From: a virus
Taxonomy: Duplodnaviria; Caudoviricetes
Reading direction: 5' to 3' (one strand)
Length of the DNA: 64,000 nucleotides
IMG/VR virus record: IMGVR_UViG_3300029288_004137
Span: 128,001-192,000 of that record
Under the pieces are notes generated by a model. That model saw only the letters and a list, made by a program, of their open reading frames with translations. It was not told the DNA's origin and searched no databases. Below are positions 40,000 to 49,430 of this stretch, in pieces. Position 1 is the stretch's first letter. Every line of letters begins with the position of its first letter. The translations under genes and the position numbers were made by a program.

Positions 40000-40420
40000 T
40001 TAATAGCACAACAACAACCCCAGACCCAAATCCAATGATTCCTGATGTTAATGGAGAAATAAGTGGTTTATTTTGTTCATAATTTTTCATCAAAAAATCT
40101 AATTCTTTTTGATATGAATTTTCAAGAGCAACAATTTTCTTTTCAAGAAACTCCTTTTCAACTACAACATTTTTGATATCTAAATGTAATTCAGCTATCT
40201 CTTTTTGAGACTTTAGTTTATTCGATAAATAATCTTCAACTTTTATTAAATCTGCACTGGCTAAAATAATTCCTAACGCTTCTGCATTTAAAAGAATTCC
40301 TTCAAATGGCGCTACTTCATTTATCTTAATATTATAAAATACAGGTTCTATCTTTTCTTGTGCTATTAAAAAACTACTATTAAAAAGAAGAATAAATACA
40401 ACATACCAAATACTTTTCAT
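39974..40420 (-). CDS. exported coiled-coil protein with C-terminal TM (spanin-like?)
   Basis: N-terminal signal-like segment, APFEGILL, coiled coil, C-terminal hydrophobic helix. Confidence 0.45.
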   Translation of the reverse strand: MKSIWYVVFILLFNSSFLIAQEKIEPVFYNIKINEVAPFEGILLNAEALGIILASADLIKVEDYLSNKLKSQKEIAELHLDIKNVVVEKEFLEKKIVALENSYQKELDFLMKNYEQNKPLISPLTSGIIGFGSGVVVVLLSVYLYTQI

Positions 40421-40830
40421 TTTTTATATTCCTTAATACCAAATTTATTCATTAAAAATTTAGCAACATTGTCTGGTTCTTTTTTATACATTTCTACATA
40501 TTTTTCAGCAGCAACTTTCTTTTCTTCTTCAATCTTTTGCTTCTCTTTTAACAGATCATTTTCTATCTTTTCCAGTTCCTTTTTATATTCTTCTAATGCT
40601 TTCTTTTCTTGTTCTTCTTTTTCTTTACGTATTTTTACTAAATCATCAAAAGTTGCTTTCTTCATTATACGCATTTCTGAAAAAGTTTTTAACATCGTTT
40701 CAGTTACTTCTCCACTTTTTTTTCTTAAAACAAAATAAAGAATTAAAGACAAAATTGAAATAATTCCCGTAGAAACTAAATACCAATACTTCTTTATATA
40801 AAAATAAAATTTTTGAAAAAAAACTTTCAT
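40417..40830 (-). CDS. N-terminally anchored coiled-coil protein (i-spanin-like?)
   Basis: Single N-terminal TM followed by a charged coiled coil. Confidence 0.45.
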   Translation of the reverse strand: MKVFFQKFYFYIKKYWYLVSTGIISILSLILYFVLRKKSGEVTETMLKTFSEMRIMKKATFDDLVKIRKEKEEQEKKALEEYKKELEKIENDLLKEKQKIEEEKKVAAEKYVEMYKKEPDNVAKFLMNKFGIKEYKK

Positions 40831-41075
40831 TGCTTTAACTCTTTAAATTTATAAAATAAATCTAATAAAGCAACACTTCCTATATAAACCATAGAAATAT
40901 TTGACCAAGTATCTGGATCTAATGTCCCCATAAACAACGCTGCTGTAGCTGTAAGCCAAACAATAAGTTTACGAGACATTATTCTTTGTAAAAAAGAATC
41001 AACTTTTCCTGGATTGTCTGTTTCGAAATCTGAACTTTCTGGAGAATTCTCTGGAGTTTTGTTTTCTTCTTCCAT
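40827..41075 (-). CDS. putative holin
   Basis: 82 aa, SRKL followed by two short TM segments (...YIG...D). Confidence 0.55.
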   Translation of the reverse strand: MEEENKTPENSPESSDFETDNPGKVDSFLQRIMSRKLIVWLTATAALFMGTLDPDTWSNISMVYIGSVALLDLFYKFKELKQ

Positions 41076-41134
41076 TTTATGTGCCTCATATAAATCTATT
41101 CATCCTAATTAGATTTTAAAAGCACAAAAGGAAA

Positions 41135-44100
41135 CTAACAATTTACAAATGCATTACCACCAACATTTTCAATATTAATCGTAATGTCTGCACAATCTTT
41201 TAACTCATCAAGATGTGATATTAAGAAAATTATATCAAATTTTTCTTTCATTACTTCCAAAACATCAACAAAAGAACTAAGATTTTTCTTATCTAAAAAG
41301 ACTGCTGGTTCATCTAATATAAAAATGTTGCTTTTTGGAAGTGACGATATTTCTATAAAAGACAACCGTATTGCCATTGCAGCAATAGTTTTTTCTGCTC
41401 CAGAACAATTCTCAATAGGACATAACTTATTATCTCTTTTTAAATAAACATTTAAATCCTTATCACAAATATCTAAAAATATTTCAAAATCAACAATTTT
41501 AGATAAAAAGTTATTTATCTCATTATTAATAATATCAATATTCTTTTTAATAATCATAGAAGGAATACCGTTTGGATGAACTGCATTTATAAATGTTTCA
41601 TAAGCAAAGAAATTATAATAAGTTTCTTCATATTTTTTCTTTTTTTCTCGTAGGTCTTTGATTCTTTGATCAATTATTGCTTCCTTCTCTATTTGTTGTT
41701 TCTCTAAAATAGAAATATACCCTAATCTTGTTTCACACTTATTAATCTGCTCTTCAATTTCAGCTTTCTTTCTTACAGAATCAATACTCAAATTATAATC
41801 ATCAATTTTTGTGTATAAATCTGCTATCTCACTATTTAATTCTTTTTTCTTTTCATTCTTTTCATCTATTTTAGATAAACTAATAGCATTATCTAATTTA
41901 TATCTATTATATTTATCTTTACTTTCTTCATACACATTAATTTTCTTAACCAAATCTTCATAATCTATATTTTCAATGCTTTTTTCTAAATTTTGCTTTT
42001 GTTTTTTTATTTCTAATAAAGATTCATCAATAACTTTCATTTTATCTTTTGAATCAAAAGCATTTTTTATAAATTTGCAATGCTTATAATTTTCTCCACA
42101 AGGCACTTCATTTAAAAGACTTATATTGTGCTCTAAAATAGTCATTTCTTTATTTTTAAAAGAAATACTACTATCAATTTTTTCTATTTCATCAATAATT
42201 CCTCTATAATTTTTTTCTTTTTCTCTAAATTTATCAATTTCAAATAATAATACAAATTTTTCAAATTTTTTAATGAAAATCTCTTGATTTGCTATATTTT
42301 TTTGAATTGTTTCTATTTCTTGATTAAAAATAACTATTTTTTCATCTTTCTTTTTAATATTTTTCTTTATCTCATCAATTTCATCAAGACTTGGAATCGT
42401 TAAACCTTCAAAACTCTTAAGTTCAATCTTAGAATTTAATAGTTTTTTCTCTATTTCTTTCTTTTCAGAAATTTGTAAAATATCAACAGTATTCCCATTT
42501 TTCTTTTCTATTTCTTTCTCAATCAAAAGATCATAGTTTTCTTCAAATTCTTTTAAAAGAGTCTTATATTTTAAATATTCCGGTTTTGCTGCTTTCAATT
42601 TAATATTGAAAATATCTAAATCAAGAAATTTAGCTAAAATCTCTTTTCTTTTAGTTGATCCTTCTCTTATAAATGATAAAGCATCTAACTGCGATGATAA
42701 AGATGTTAATAAAAAATCTTCCATCGTACCAAATTCATACATAATATTCTTATCAGTTTCTACCCTTGTATCACCATTCAAACTTGTTCCATTTTTCATG
42801 AAATCTAAAACCGCTGATGAATTATCACCTTTGCCTTTAACTAACTTTCTATCTATAGAATATTCATCATCTTCAGATTTTAAAAAGACCTTTCCAAACC
42901 CATATTTAGCATTGTGATTTATTATATCATAATTTTTAAGATTCCCACGAGAAGTATTATTAAAAATTGTTTTTATAAAAGAATCTATAAAACTAGACTT
43001 CCCTGTATAGTTGTCACCAAATATTCCTATTATCCCTCTCTTCTTCCCCAAATCTATTGTATTCCCTACCCCATAATTAAATAAATTATCCCAATTAAAT
43101 CTTTCTATACTCCATTTGATATTATGCCTTTTATCACCCTGTAATAAGATGTCACCACTAGTATCACCATTTATAGAATATAACCTCTCTAAGACGATTT
43201 GTGGAAGTTTAAATGGTGCTGAATACTCTCTTAGTAGATCTCTCTGAACTGCTTCAGATCTAATATCTAAAATAGAAGAATTACAACTTAATTCCATAAA
43301 TGTTTTTTCATATTTTTCTTCTACAGTCAATAAAATTGGAAAGCAAGTTCTTTTGATATTTAATTTGATTTCTTCTAATTCTTCTTTTAAAATCTTTTCT
43401 TTCAAAATTAAACGAATTCTTGATCCCTTCTTTATTTTTGAAATATCATCATTAATTTCAATAGTTATAAAAGGAAATTCACGTTCTATTTCAACAAATT
43501 CAACAGAGAAATCACTTTTATCTTTAATATCCCAAACAAGAAAACCCTTTTTTTCATCTTCTCCAAAATTTTGTTGAATAAACGATCCAGCATATCTAAT
43601 TTTGCCTTGTTTATCCATAATTTGATTAGATTTATGAACATCACCTAACAAAACATAATCACAATCTTTAAAATCTTGTATAGAAACCTTTCCAGATAAT
43701 TCATATTCTTTATCATTTTTTGCACCATCAACAATACCATGATACAACCCAATAACAATATCATTCGATTTATCGTTTTTTATATTCCACCCTTCCTCAT
43801 CATAAATAGAAAATACTTTTAATACAAATCTTTTATCTAATTTTCCTTGAATTCTTTCTAAACAAGAATTCTTTAAATAAAATATTGAAGACATTTTAAG
43901 CGTATGAACAATTGGTTCAATAGCATCCATACGATTAGATCTTATATTACCGTCATGATTACCTGGAATTATATATGTATCACACTCGTTACCTAGTTTC
44001 TTTAAAAGATCTGATGCTAATTTATAAGCTTCTGGTGATATATTTGTTTTTGAATGAAATATGTCTCCTGTTAAAATTATAACAACATTATCATTTCCAT

Positions 44101-44206
44101 TTTTAATTTCTTTGACCCTATCATAAAGATTTACAAAACATTTTTGATACTCATCTTGATATTGAAAATTTCTTATATGCAAATCAGAAATATGAATTAT
44201 CTTCAT
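41135..44206 (-). CDS. fused SbcD/Mre11 nuclease - SbcC/Rad50 ATPase (gp47-gp46-like)
   Basis: Phosphoesterase motifs SDLH, GDIFH, GNHD, HG, GDVH; Walker A GDNYTGKSS; coiled coil; signature CSGAE; Walker B ILDEP; ISH. Confidence 0.9.
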   Translation of the reverse strand: MKIIHISDLHIRNFQYQDEYQKCFVNLYDRVKEIKNGNDNVVIILTGDIFHSKTNISPEAYKLASDLLKKLGNECDTYIIPGNHDGNIRSNRMDAIEPIVHTLKMSSIFYLKNSCLERIQGKLDKRFVLKVFSIYDEEGWNIKNDKSNDIVIGLYHGIVDGAKNDKEYELSGKVSIQDFKDCDYVLLGDVHKSNQIMDKQGKIRYAGSFIQQNFGEDEKKGFLVWDIKDKSDFSVEFVEIEREFPFITIEINDDISKIKKGSRIRLILKEKILKEELEEIKLNIKRTCFPILLTVEEKYEKTFMELSCNSSILDIRSEAVQRDLLREYSAPFKLPQIVLERLYSINGDTSGDILLQGDKRHNIKWSIERFNWDNLFNYGVGNTIDLGKKRGIIGIFGDNYTGKSSFIDSFIKTIFNNTSRGNLKNYDIINHNAKYGFGKVFLKSEDDEYSIDRKLVKGKGDNSSAVLDFMKNGTSLNGDTRVETDKNIMYEFGTMEDFLLTSLSSQLDALSFIREGSTKRKEILAKFLDLDIFNIKLKAAKPEYLKYKTLLKEFEENYDLLIEKEIEKKNGNTVDILQISEKKEIEKKLLNSKIELKSFEGLTIPSLDEIDEIKKNIKKKDEKIVIFNQEIETIQKNIANQEIFIKKFEKFVLLFEIDKFREKEKNYRGIIDEIEKIDSSISFKNKEMTILEHNISLLNEVPCGENYKHCKFIKNAFDSKDKMKVIDESLLEIKKQKQNLEKSIENIDYEDLVKKINVYEESKDKYNRYKLDNAISLSKIDEKNEKKKELNSEIADLYTKIDDYNLSIDSVRKKAEIEEQINKCETRLGYISILEKQQIEKEAIIDQRIKDLREKKKKYEETYYNFFAYETFINAVHPNGIPSMIIKKNIDIINNEINNFLSKIVDFEIFLDICDKDLNVYLKRDNKLCPIENCSGAEKTIAAMAIRLSFIEISSLPKSNIFILDEPAVFLDKKNLSSFVDVLEVMKEKFDIIFLISHLDELKDCADITINIENVGGNAFVNC

Positions 44207-45156
44207 TAGATTCCCTCCAACATTTGTAACAATACATGATCTCTTTCTACTTTTTTTGCTTTTTCCTTTTTTATTAAAAATTGTTTATGACTCATCTCTC
44301 CTACGTCCTTGAAAGGAGATACATCTATAATATAAGGACAAATACCATATTTCATAAGCAAAGAAACAATTTTAGTTTCCTTTTTCTTTGCATCTGAATC
44401 TAATGCAAGATATATATTACCTTTGCAATCAAGAATCTTATTGAATAACAACCCCTTAGAACTAAGAGTTGAACCAAGAAGCGGAATTGAATTTCTACCA
44501 GATTTTATTGCATCAAATATTCCTTCAACAATAACAATATCTTTATCCCAATCCAAATACAAATCATTAAAAACAATATTCTTATTGTTTTGAGGATTCA
44601 AATATTTAATATTGCTATCAACATATGTTCTTGCTATATAAAAATTAATATTACCATTGATATCAACAGATGGAACAATTATTCTACCGGAATATTGACC
44701 CTCAACTGCATATCCAATTTTCCAATCAATTATATCTTGTTTCGTTAAACCACGATCTTTTAAGTATTTTCTAGATACTAAAGAATTAAATAAAATTTTA
44801 TTTCCAATAAGAGTCCTAAACTCTTTTGGAAGTTCAAAGATTTTGTTTTCATCTTCTACTTCTACCTTTTTAAAATAATCCTCAAAATCAACAATTTCAG
44901 AAACTTTTATATCATATTTTTTCCATTCAGTAATATCATATCTTTTTCCAAACTTATAAATAAGATATGCTATAGATTTACCATGAAATTCACAAATCCA
45001 ACATTTAAAAACGTTCTTTTCTATGTTTATTGAAAATTTTCTTTTATGATGATCACAGTTTGGGCAATAAAATAAAAACTCTTTCGAAGAACTTTTATGT
45101 TCATATCCTCCTAATACCCTTTCGAGAATATCTACTTTTTTTTCTAAATTTTCCAT
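44206..45156 (-). CDS. DNA primase (zinc ribbon + TOPRIM)
   Basis: CPNCDH...CWIC, RIIVP, KYLNP, VEGIFDA, LALDSD, KDVGE. Confidence 0.88.
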   Translation of the reverse strand: MENLEKKVDILERVLGGYEHKSSSKEFLFYCPNCDHHKRKFSINIEKNVFKCWICEFHGKSIAYLIYKFGKRYDITEWKKYDIKVSEIVDFEDYFKKVEVEDENKIFELPKEFRTLIGNKILFNSLVSRKYLKDRGLTKQDIIDWKIGYAVEGQYSGRIIVPSVDINGNINFYIARTYVDSNIKYLNPQNNKNIVFNDLYLDWDKDIVIVEGIFDAIKSGRNSIPLLGSTLSSKGLLFNKILDCKGNIYLALDSDAKKKETKIVSLLMKYGICPYIIDVSPFKDVGEMSHKQFLIKKEKAKKVERDHVLLQMLEGI

Positions 45157-45209
45157 AAATTTCCTTACTTAAAATATTAATCCTATTTTAGCAAATAAGA
45201 TCTTAAAAT

Positions 45210-45788
45210 TTAATTTAAAGATTTCAAGTAAGACATAGCAAGAACGAATGCATCAGCCATATCAGCATATCCTTTGCAGATATTACCAGAAACAGTTCTT
45301 TTGATAACAAACCCACAATTTTCAAAATATTTTATAACTTCATGTTTCGGACCTTTCTCTTCATTTCTGACTATCCCTAATATTTTTCTAGCAGTTCTAG
45401 CTTCCGTAAATTTTAATTCACAATCAAAAACCTCTAAAGCAATATAACTAACCAAAGCATTAAATCTTGTCAGTTTAATAATAGTATTCATTGAAGTTCT
45501 TCCATATAAAAAACTATTCAAAGAAGCTTCAACAACAATTTTATCTATTTTTTCATCACCAAGTCTTTCTTTTAAATTCCTAAAATACTCTTTAACCTTA
45601 TTCGCTCTTAAAAACAACTCCATATAATTTTTCTTAGGAATCTTTTTTTTCTTCTTTTTAAAATCTGTAGTTTTTTCTTTTTTAGCACTAAAAAGATTAA
45701 TAAATTCTGAATATTTTGATATTCCATTATAATCTAAAACACACACACCCAAAATAGTTGTAGAAATATCTAAACCTAAAATCATCAT
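45210..45788 (-). CDS. RuvC-like Holliday junction resolvase
   Basis: ILGLDISTT..G, IVVE, DMADAF. Confidence 0.8.
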   Translation of the reverse strand: MMILGLDISTTILGVCVLDYNGISKYSEFINLFSAKKEKTTDFKKKKKKIPKKNYMELFLRANKVKEYFRNLKERLGDEKIDKIVVEASLNSFLYGRTSMNTIIKLTRFNALVSYIALEVFDCELKFTEARTARKILGIVRNEEKGPKHEVIKYFENCGFVIKRTVSGNICKGYADMADAFVLAMSYLKSLN

Positions 45789-45793
45789 ATCAC

Positions 45794-46960
45794 CTATATA
45801 TCTAATTTTAATTTTATTATTATATCACGATTTTCCACTTTTTTAACCGGTGTTGCTAATTTAGCAACTGCAATAGGAGATTTATTTTCATCATATATCA
45901 CAACTTTACTTATCCATGTCTGTTTTTTAAAAGATTCAGAAAAATTAGGATATATAGATTTAGCAGTATTGAAAATTTCTCTTGTATCATTTTCTGCATA
46001 TATGTATGTGCCTGAATTAAAATAATCTGTTTGATCATATCCTACATAAGTAGGATTGTTTGAATGATTTAATTCTCCTCTTTCCGCTTTTGCTAACATT
46101 GTTAAATGCGGAATATATGTCGTTCCTTCAAAATTTATAAGAAAACTTGACCCTGTTACTTCATTTATATTTGTTCCCCAATAAATCCATCTTGGTTGAT
46201 CAGCAGCTCCATCCCTATACTGTTCCGTAAAAGCGGAATTTAATGACCAAGTACCATAAAGTAAAATTATTCCTTCTCTATATAAAACAACTCCAGCACA
46301 ATTATCTATAAAAGTTAATTCAGACCTTTCTGGATATGTTTGAATCAAACATCCATTTTGCTTATAATCTTGTATTTCTGCTGCTAATGTTCCAGTTATA
46401 TAAAACTTTAAAGATATACTCCCTTTACGAATTTCAGAACCATAAAAAATAGAAGGAATATCGACAAGAGTTATAGCATCTGTTTCTTTATTATTCGTAT
46501 CTGCATCCCAATAATAATTGGAACTATAAGTATAATAACTTTTTAAAGCATTCTTAAGTGACCAAATTTGAGGTCTTGTTACATGTTCTCCAGTATATAA
46601 AGATGGATCTGTACTACCATAATATTGCTTAACACTCATTGTTGCTGTTAATGGATATGATCCTGTTATAACTGTGCCATATAGATCTGTATTAAAATCT
46701 GTAGAAGAAACTGTACTAAAAGAGTTTAAAGAAGAATCTTTGACAACAAAAGGATAAATCAAATTATCTGGTGCTCTATCAATATTCATTTCATCCAAAC
46801 TAACCTCACCAGGATGAATTATCTTAATATTGCTTTGGGAACCTGTAAAAATTGGATCATTATTGAAAAACTTTTCCTTCTTATAAAGAAAAAATTTGCA
46901 CTTAGGATAAGCTTTTATTGTATTAATAAATACATCATTTCTTTCAAATTTTTTAAGCAT
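45794..46960 (-). CDS. putative virion structural (baseplate-type) protein
   Basis: C-terminal NHSNNPTY...ISKV.IYD...IAVAKLATPVKK...KLDI shared with 47365..48450. Confidence 0.5.
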   Translation of the reverse strand: MLKKFERNDVFINTIKAYPKCKFFLYKKEKFFNNDPIFTGSQSNIKIIHPGEVSLDEMNIDRAPDNLIYPFVVKDSSLNSFSTVSSTDFNTDLYGTVITGSYPLTATMSVKQYYGSTDPSLYTGEHVTRPQIWSLKNALKSYYTYSSNYYWDADTNNKETDAITLVDIPSIFYGSEIRKGSISLKFYITGTLAAEIQDYKQNGCLIQTYPERSELTFIDNCAGVVLYREGIILLYGTWSLNSAFTEQYRDGAADQPRWIYWGTNINEVTGSSFLINFEGTTYIPHLTMLAKAERGELNHSNNPTYVGYDQTDYFNSGTYIYAENDTREIFNTAKSIYPNFSESFKKQTWISKVVIYDENKSPIAVAKLATPVKKVENRDIIIKLKLDI

Positions 46961-46961
46961 A

Positions 46962-47309
46962 CTACCATGCCAAAAGATATATAATACCAGAAGTTATTAC
47001 ACCAACCATTATACCAACACAAATCTTTTTAAAAATATTATACATGTTTTCTTTTTTTATTTTTAGAGTTTCTTGTAATTTTGAATTAATATATAAACTT
47101 CTTACAACTGGTATTGTTTCTTCCTGTTTATCATTTAACTCAATTATTTTTATTTTCGATCTCTCAATATCAATTGACATACAATCCATTTTATTGTTTA
47201 TATCCTTGATATTTTCTTTTATTTCTTTAAAATCATCTCTTATTATTTTTCTATCTTCTTTAATAAAATCAACAAGTTCTTTATAAGAATCCATAGTGTC
47301 ATTCTCCAT
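46962..47309 (-). CDS. coiled-coil protein with C-terminal TM
   Basis: Heptad-like N-terminus, terminal hydrophobic helix ICVGIMVGVITSGIIYLLAW. Confidence 0.55.
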   Translation of the reverse strand: MENDTMDSYKELVDFIKEDRKIIRDDFKEIKENIKDINNKMDCMSIDIERSKIKIIELNDKQEETIPVVRSLYINSKLQETLKIKKENMYNIFKKICVGIMVGVITSGIIYLLAW

Positions 47310-47337
47310 ACTACATTATTAATGACATATCCTAAAA

Positions 47338-47345
47338 TAAATAGT
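47338..47345 (-). promoter_or_regulatory. putative late promoter motif ACTATTTA
   Basis: 29 nt upstream of the 47309 start. Confidence 0.5.
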
Positions 47346-47364
47346 TAAAGTTAATATGTTTATT

Positions 47365-48450
47365 TTAATAATCTAAACGAACTCTTAAATTTAATTCTGT
47401 TGTCGGATCTTTCTTTAAAGGTTCTGACAATTTTGCTACTGCTAAAAGTTCATTTTGAGCAGAATATAATCCTACTGTTGTAATATATGATACAGGAGCA
47501 TCTCTTGAAATATTTTTAACCACCATTTTACTACCAGAAATATATGTAGGATTAGATGAATAGTTAAACTCATTTGATCTCAATCTACAAAAATAAATCG
47601 TAGAATTTAATTCAGTTGTATTATTAAAAGAAATATTATAAACTCTATGTAAAAATGCATCGCAATTAGATTCTATTGATCTAGTAGTAAAATAACCAAG
47701 AACAGAATCAGTTGTATCCGCACTCATTGAACAAGGACAATATCCAGTATCAATAAATCCATCACCAGCAACATTCATAAAAATAGAAGATGTCAAAAGA
47801 ACAACTCCTGCTTGATAAAATACAAAACCACACTCTCTATCTGTATCAGTAGAATATTTTGATCCAGTTACATAAAGCAGTCCAAACTCTCCAGCAGGAG
47901 AATTTGTTCTATAGTTTGTATATCCATTTTTATCTGTAATATATGCTAAATCTGATGTTCCACTAAAAAATGGATCGTCATGATCATCTCTAACACCTAA
48001 TATTACTGAAACTGTCCCCTTCTTAATTTCATCTTTATAAAGCAATCTTGAAAAATTTAATGCATAGAAATCACGCATTAATAACGCAGATGAAGGATCT
48101 GTGAAATTACCACTTGCTTCAAATTCACAAATATCCCCATCAGAATCATATCCAGCAAGCAACTGAGCATATTCATTATAAATGTTTGTTTTCTTTGTAT
48201 TAAATGTATCAGCAGTGTTAACATAAATAGAATTTACTGAATGCCCTACGGTCAAATCAAATAAATTATTTGCTGATGAACTCAAATATGGATAATCAAA
48301 TACAGTTTTGAACATACCATGAGAATATGTTTTTACACTATCTGTATATGTTCCTGACACTAATGTTCCAGTTACAGGAATTGATTCATGCAATAAAGTT
48401 GTACTTTTTGCAATATCATCATTAACAAAAGATTTAAAAGTTGTTGCCAT
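47365..48450 (-). CDS. putative virion structural (baseplate-type) protein
   Basis: EFNYSSNPTY...YITTVGLY...LLAVAKLSEPLKK...RVRLDY; paralogue of 45794..46960. Confidence 0.55.
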   Translation of the reverse strand: MATTFKSFVNDDIAKSTTLLHESIPVTGTLVSGTYTDSVKTYSHGMFKTVFDYPYLSSSANNLFDLTVGHSVNSIYVNTADTFNTKKTNIYNEYAQLLAGYDSDGDICEFEASGNFTDPSSALLMRDFYALNFSRLLYKDEIKKGTVSVILGVRDDHDDPFFSGTSDLAYITDKNGYTNYRTNSPAGEFGLLYVTGSKYSTDTDRECGFVFYQAGVVLLTSSIFMNVAGDGFIDTGYCPCSMSADTTDSVLGYFTTRSIESNCDAFLHRVYNISFNNTTELNSTIYFCRLRSNEFNYSSNPTYISGSKMVVKNISRDAPVSYITTVGLYSAQNELLAVAKLSEPLKKDPTTELNLRVRLDY

Positions 48451-48469
48451 CTCTGCTCCTTACTTAATA

Positions 48470-49375
48470 TTAAACTATTTTCATAAAATAAACTGGTACA
48501 TCAGTTGAATATCCTGTTGTTCCGCCTGTTATCCGAACCGTAGTAGGAATTACATATACTGTAGATCCTTCAAACGTGATTTGATATCCTAAAGTCGTAA
48601 ACAAATAATCTGAATTTGTTAAATCTAAAGAAGATTTGATTGTAAATTCTAAAATAGTTCCTCTTGGCCCTGAAATAATCTCTGTGTTTGCTAATAATGC
48701 TGTTTTTGTATTTTTGCTTACAAGTTTTGTATGAACACCTAATGAAAAGAAATATGAAGCTACTTCATCATCATCAATATAAGAATAATCAGCAACTACA
48801 CCATCTTTACTTGCTATAGATCCCAAACGACTATCCATCTCAAGAATATATTGAGTTTCTAACAAATCTGCATCTAATGTATAATCAGGTGGTATTTCTG
48901 TTGTATTTAATCCTTGATCAAGTCTTATATAATTTCCACCAGACTTTAAATCATATCCTACAATACCACCTTTCTTTTCTGTAGCAGTAGAAACACTATC
49001 ATATGTATCTTTATCTACCATAACATAAAAACCGTTTAATCCTGCATTTTTTTCACAACTTCCAGCAAAAATAGTATTAAGTTGAATAACTGGTAAATAC
49101 AAAAGATTTGTTCTTGGTATAGACATTAACTTACTCTTTAAAGAAGACATGTTATTTGTAAAAGCTTCAAATACAGGTGTTTGCAGAATAGATAAATCAT
49201 AATATGCAGATCCACTTGAATTTGTTTTATCATACAAACCATAATTTATTTCATCATCACCTAAAGCAAATTTAGCGATTTTAAAAGAACCATCTCCTTT
49301 CGCAAGTCTCATCCTTCCTGTATCTGTTAATACAGCATCAAGAATAATATCACCACTATTATCTAAAAATCCCAT
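48470..49375 (-). CDS. putative virion structural protein
   Basis: MGFLDNSGDIILDAVLTDTGR...FKIAKFALGDDEINY N-terminus; SD GGAGG. Confidence 0.55.
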   Translation of the reverse strand: MGFLDNSGDIILDAVLTDTGRMRLAKGDGSFKIAKFALGDDEINYGLYDKTNSSGSAYYDLSILQTPVFEAFTNNMSSLKSKLMSIPRTNLLYLPVIQLNTIFAGSCEKNAGLNGFYVMVDKDTYDSVSTATEKKGGIVGYDLKSGGNYIRLDQGLNTTEIPPDYTLDADLLETQYILEMDSRLGSIASKDGVVADYSYIDDDEVASYFFSLGVHTKLVSKNTKTALLANTEIISGPRGTILEFTIKSSLDLTNSDYLFTTLGYQITFEGSTVYVIPTTVRITGGTTGYSTDVPVYFMKIV

Positions 49376-49404
49376 TAGAAGCCTCCGTTTACAAATTTCT
49401 AATA

Positions 49405-49412
49405 TAAATAGT
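49405..49412 (-). promoter_or_regulatory. putative late promoter motif ACTATTTA
   Basis: 30 nt upstream of the 49375 start. Confidence 0.55.
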
Positions 49413-49430
49413 CTTTTAAAAATTAATTTG

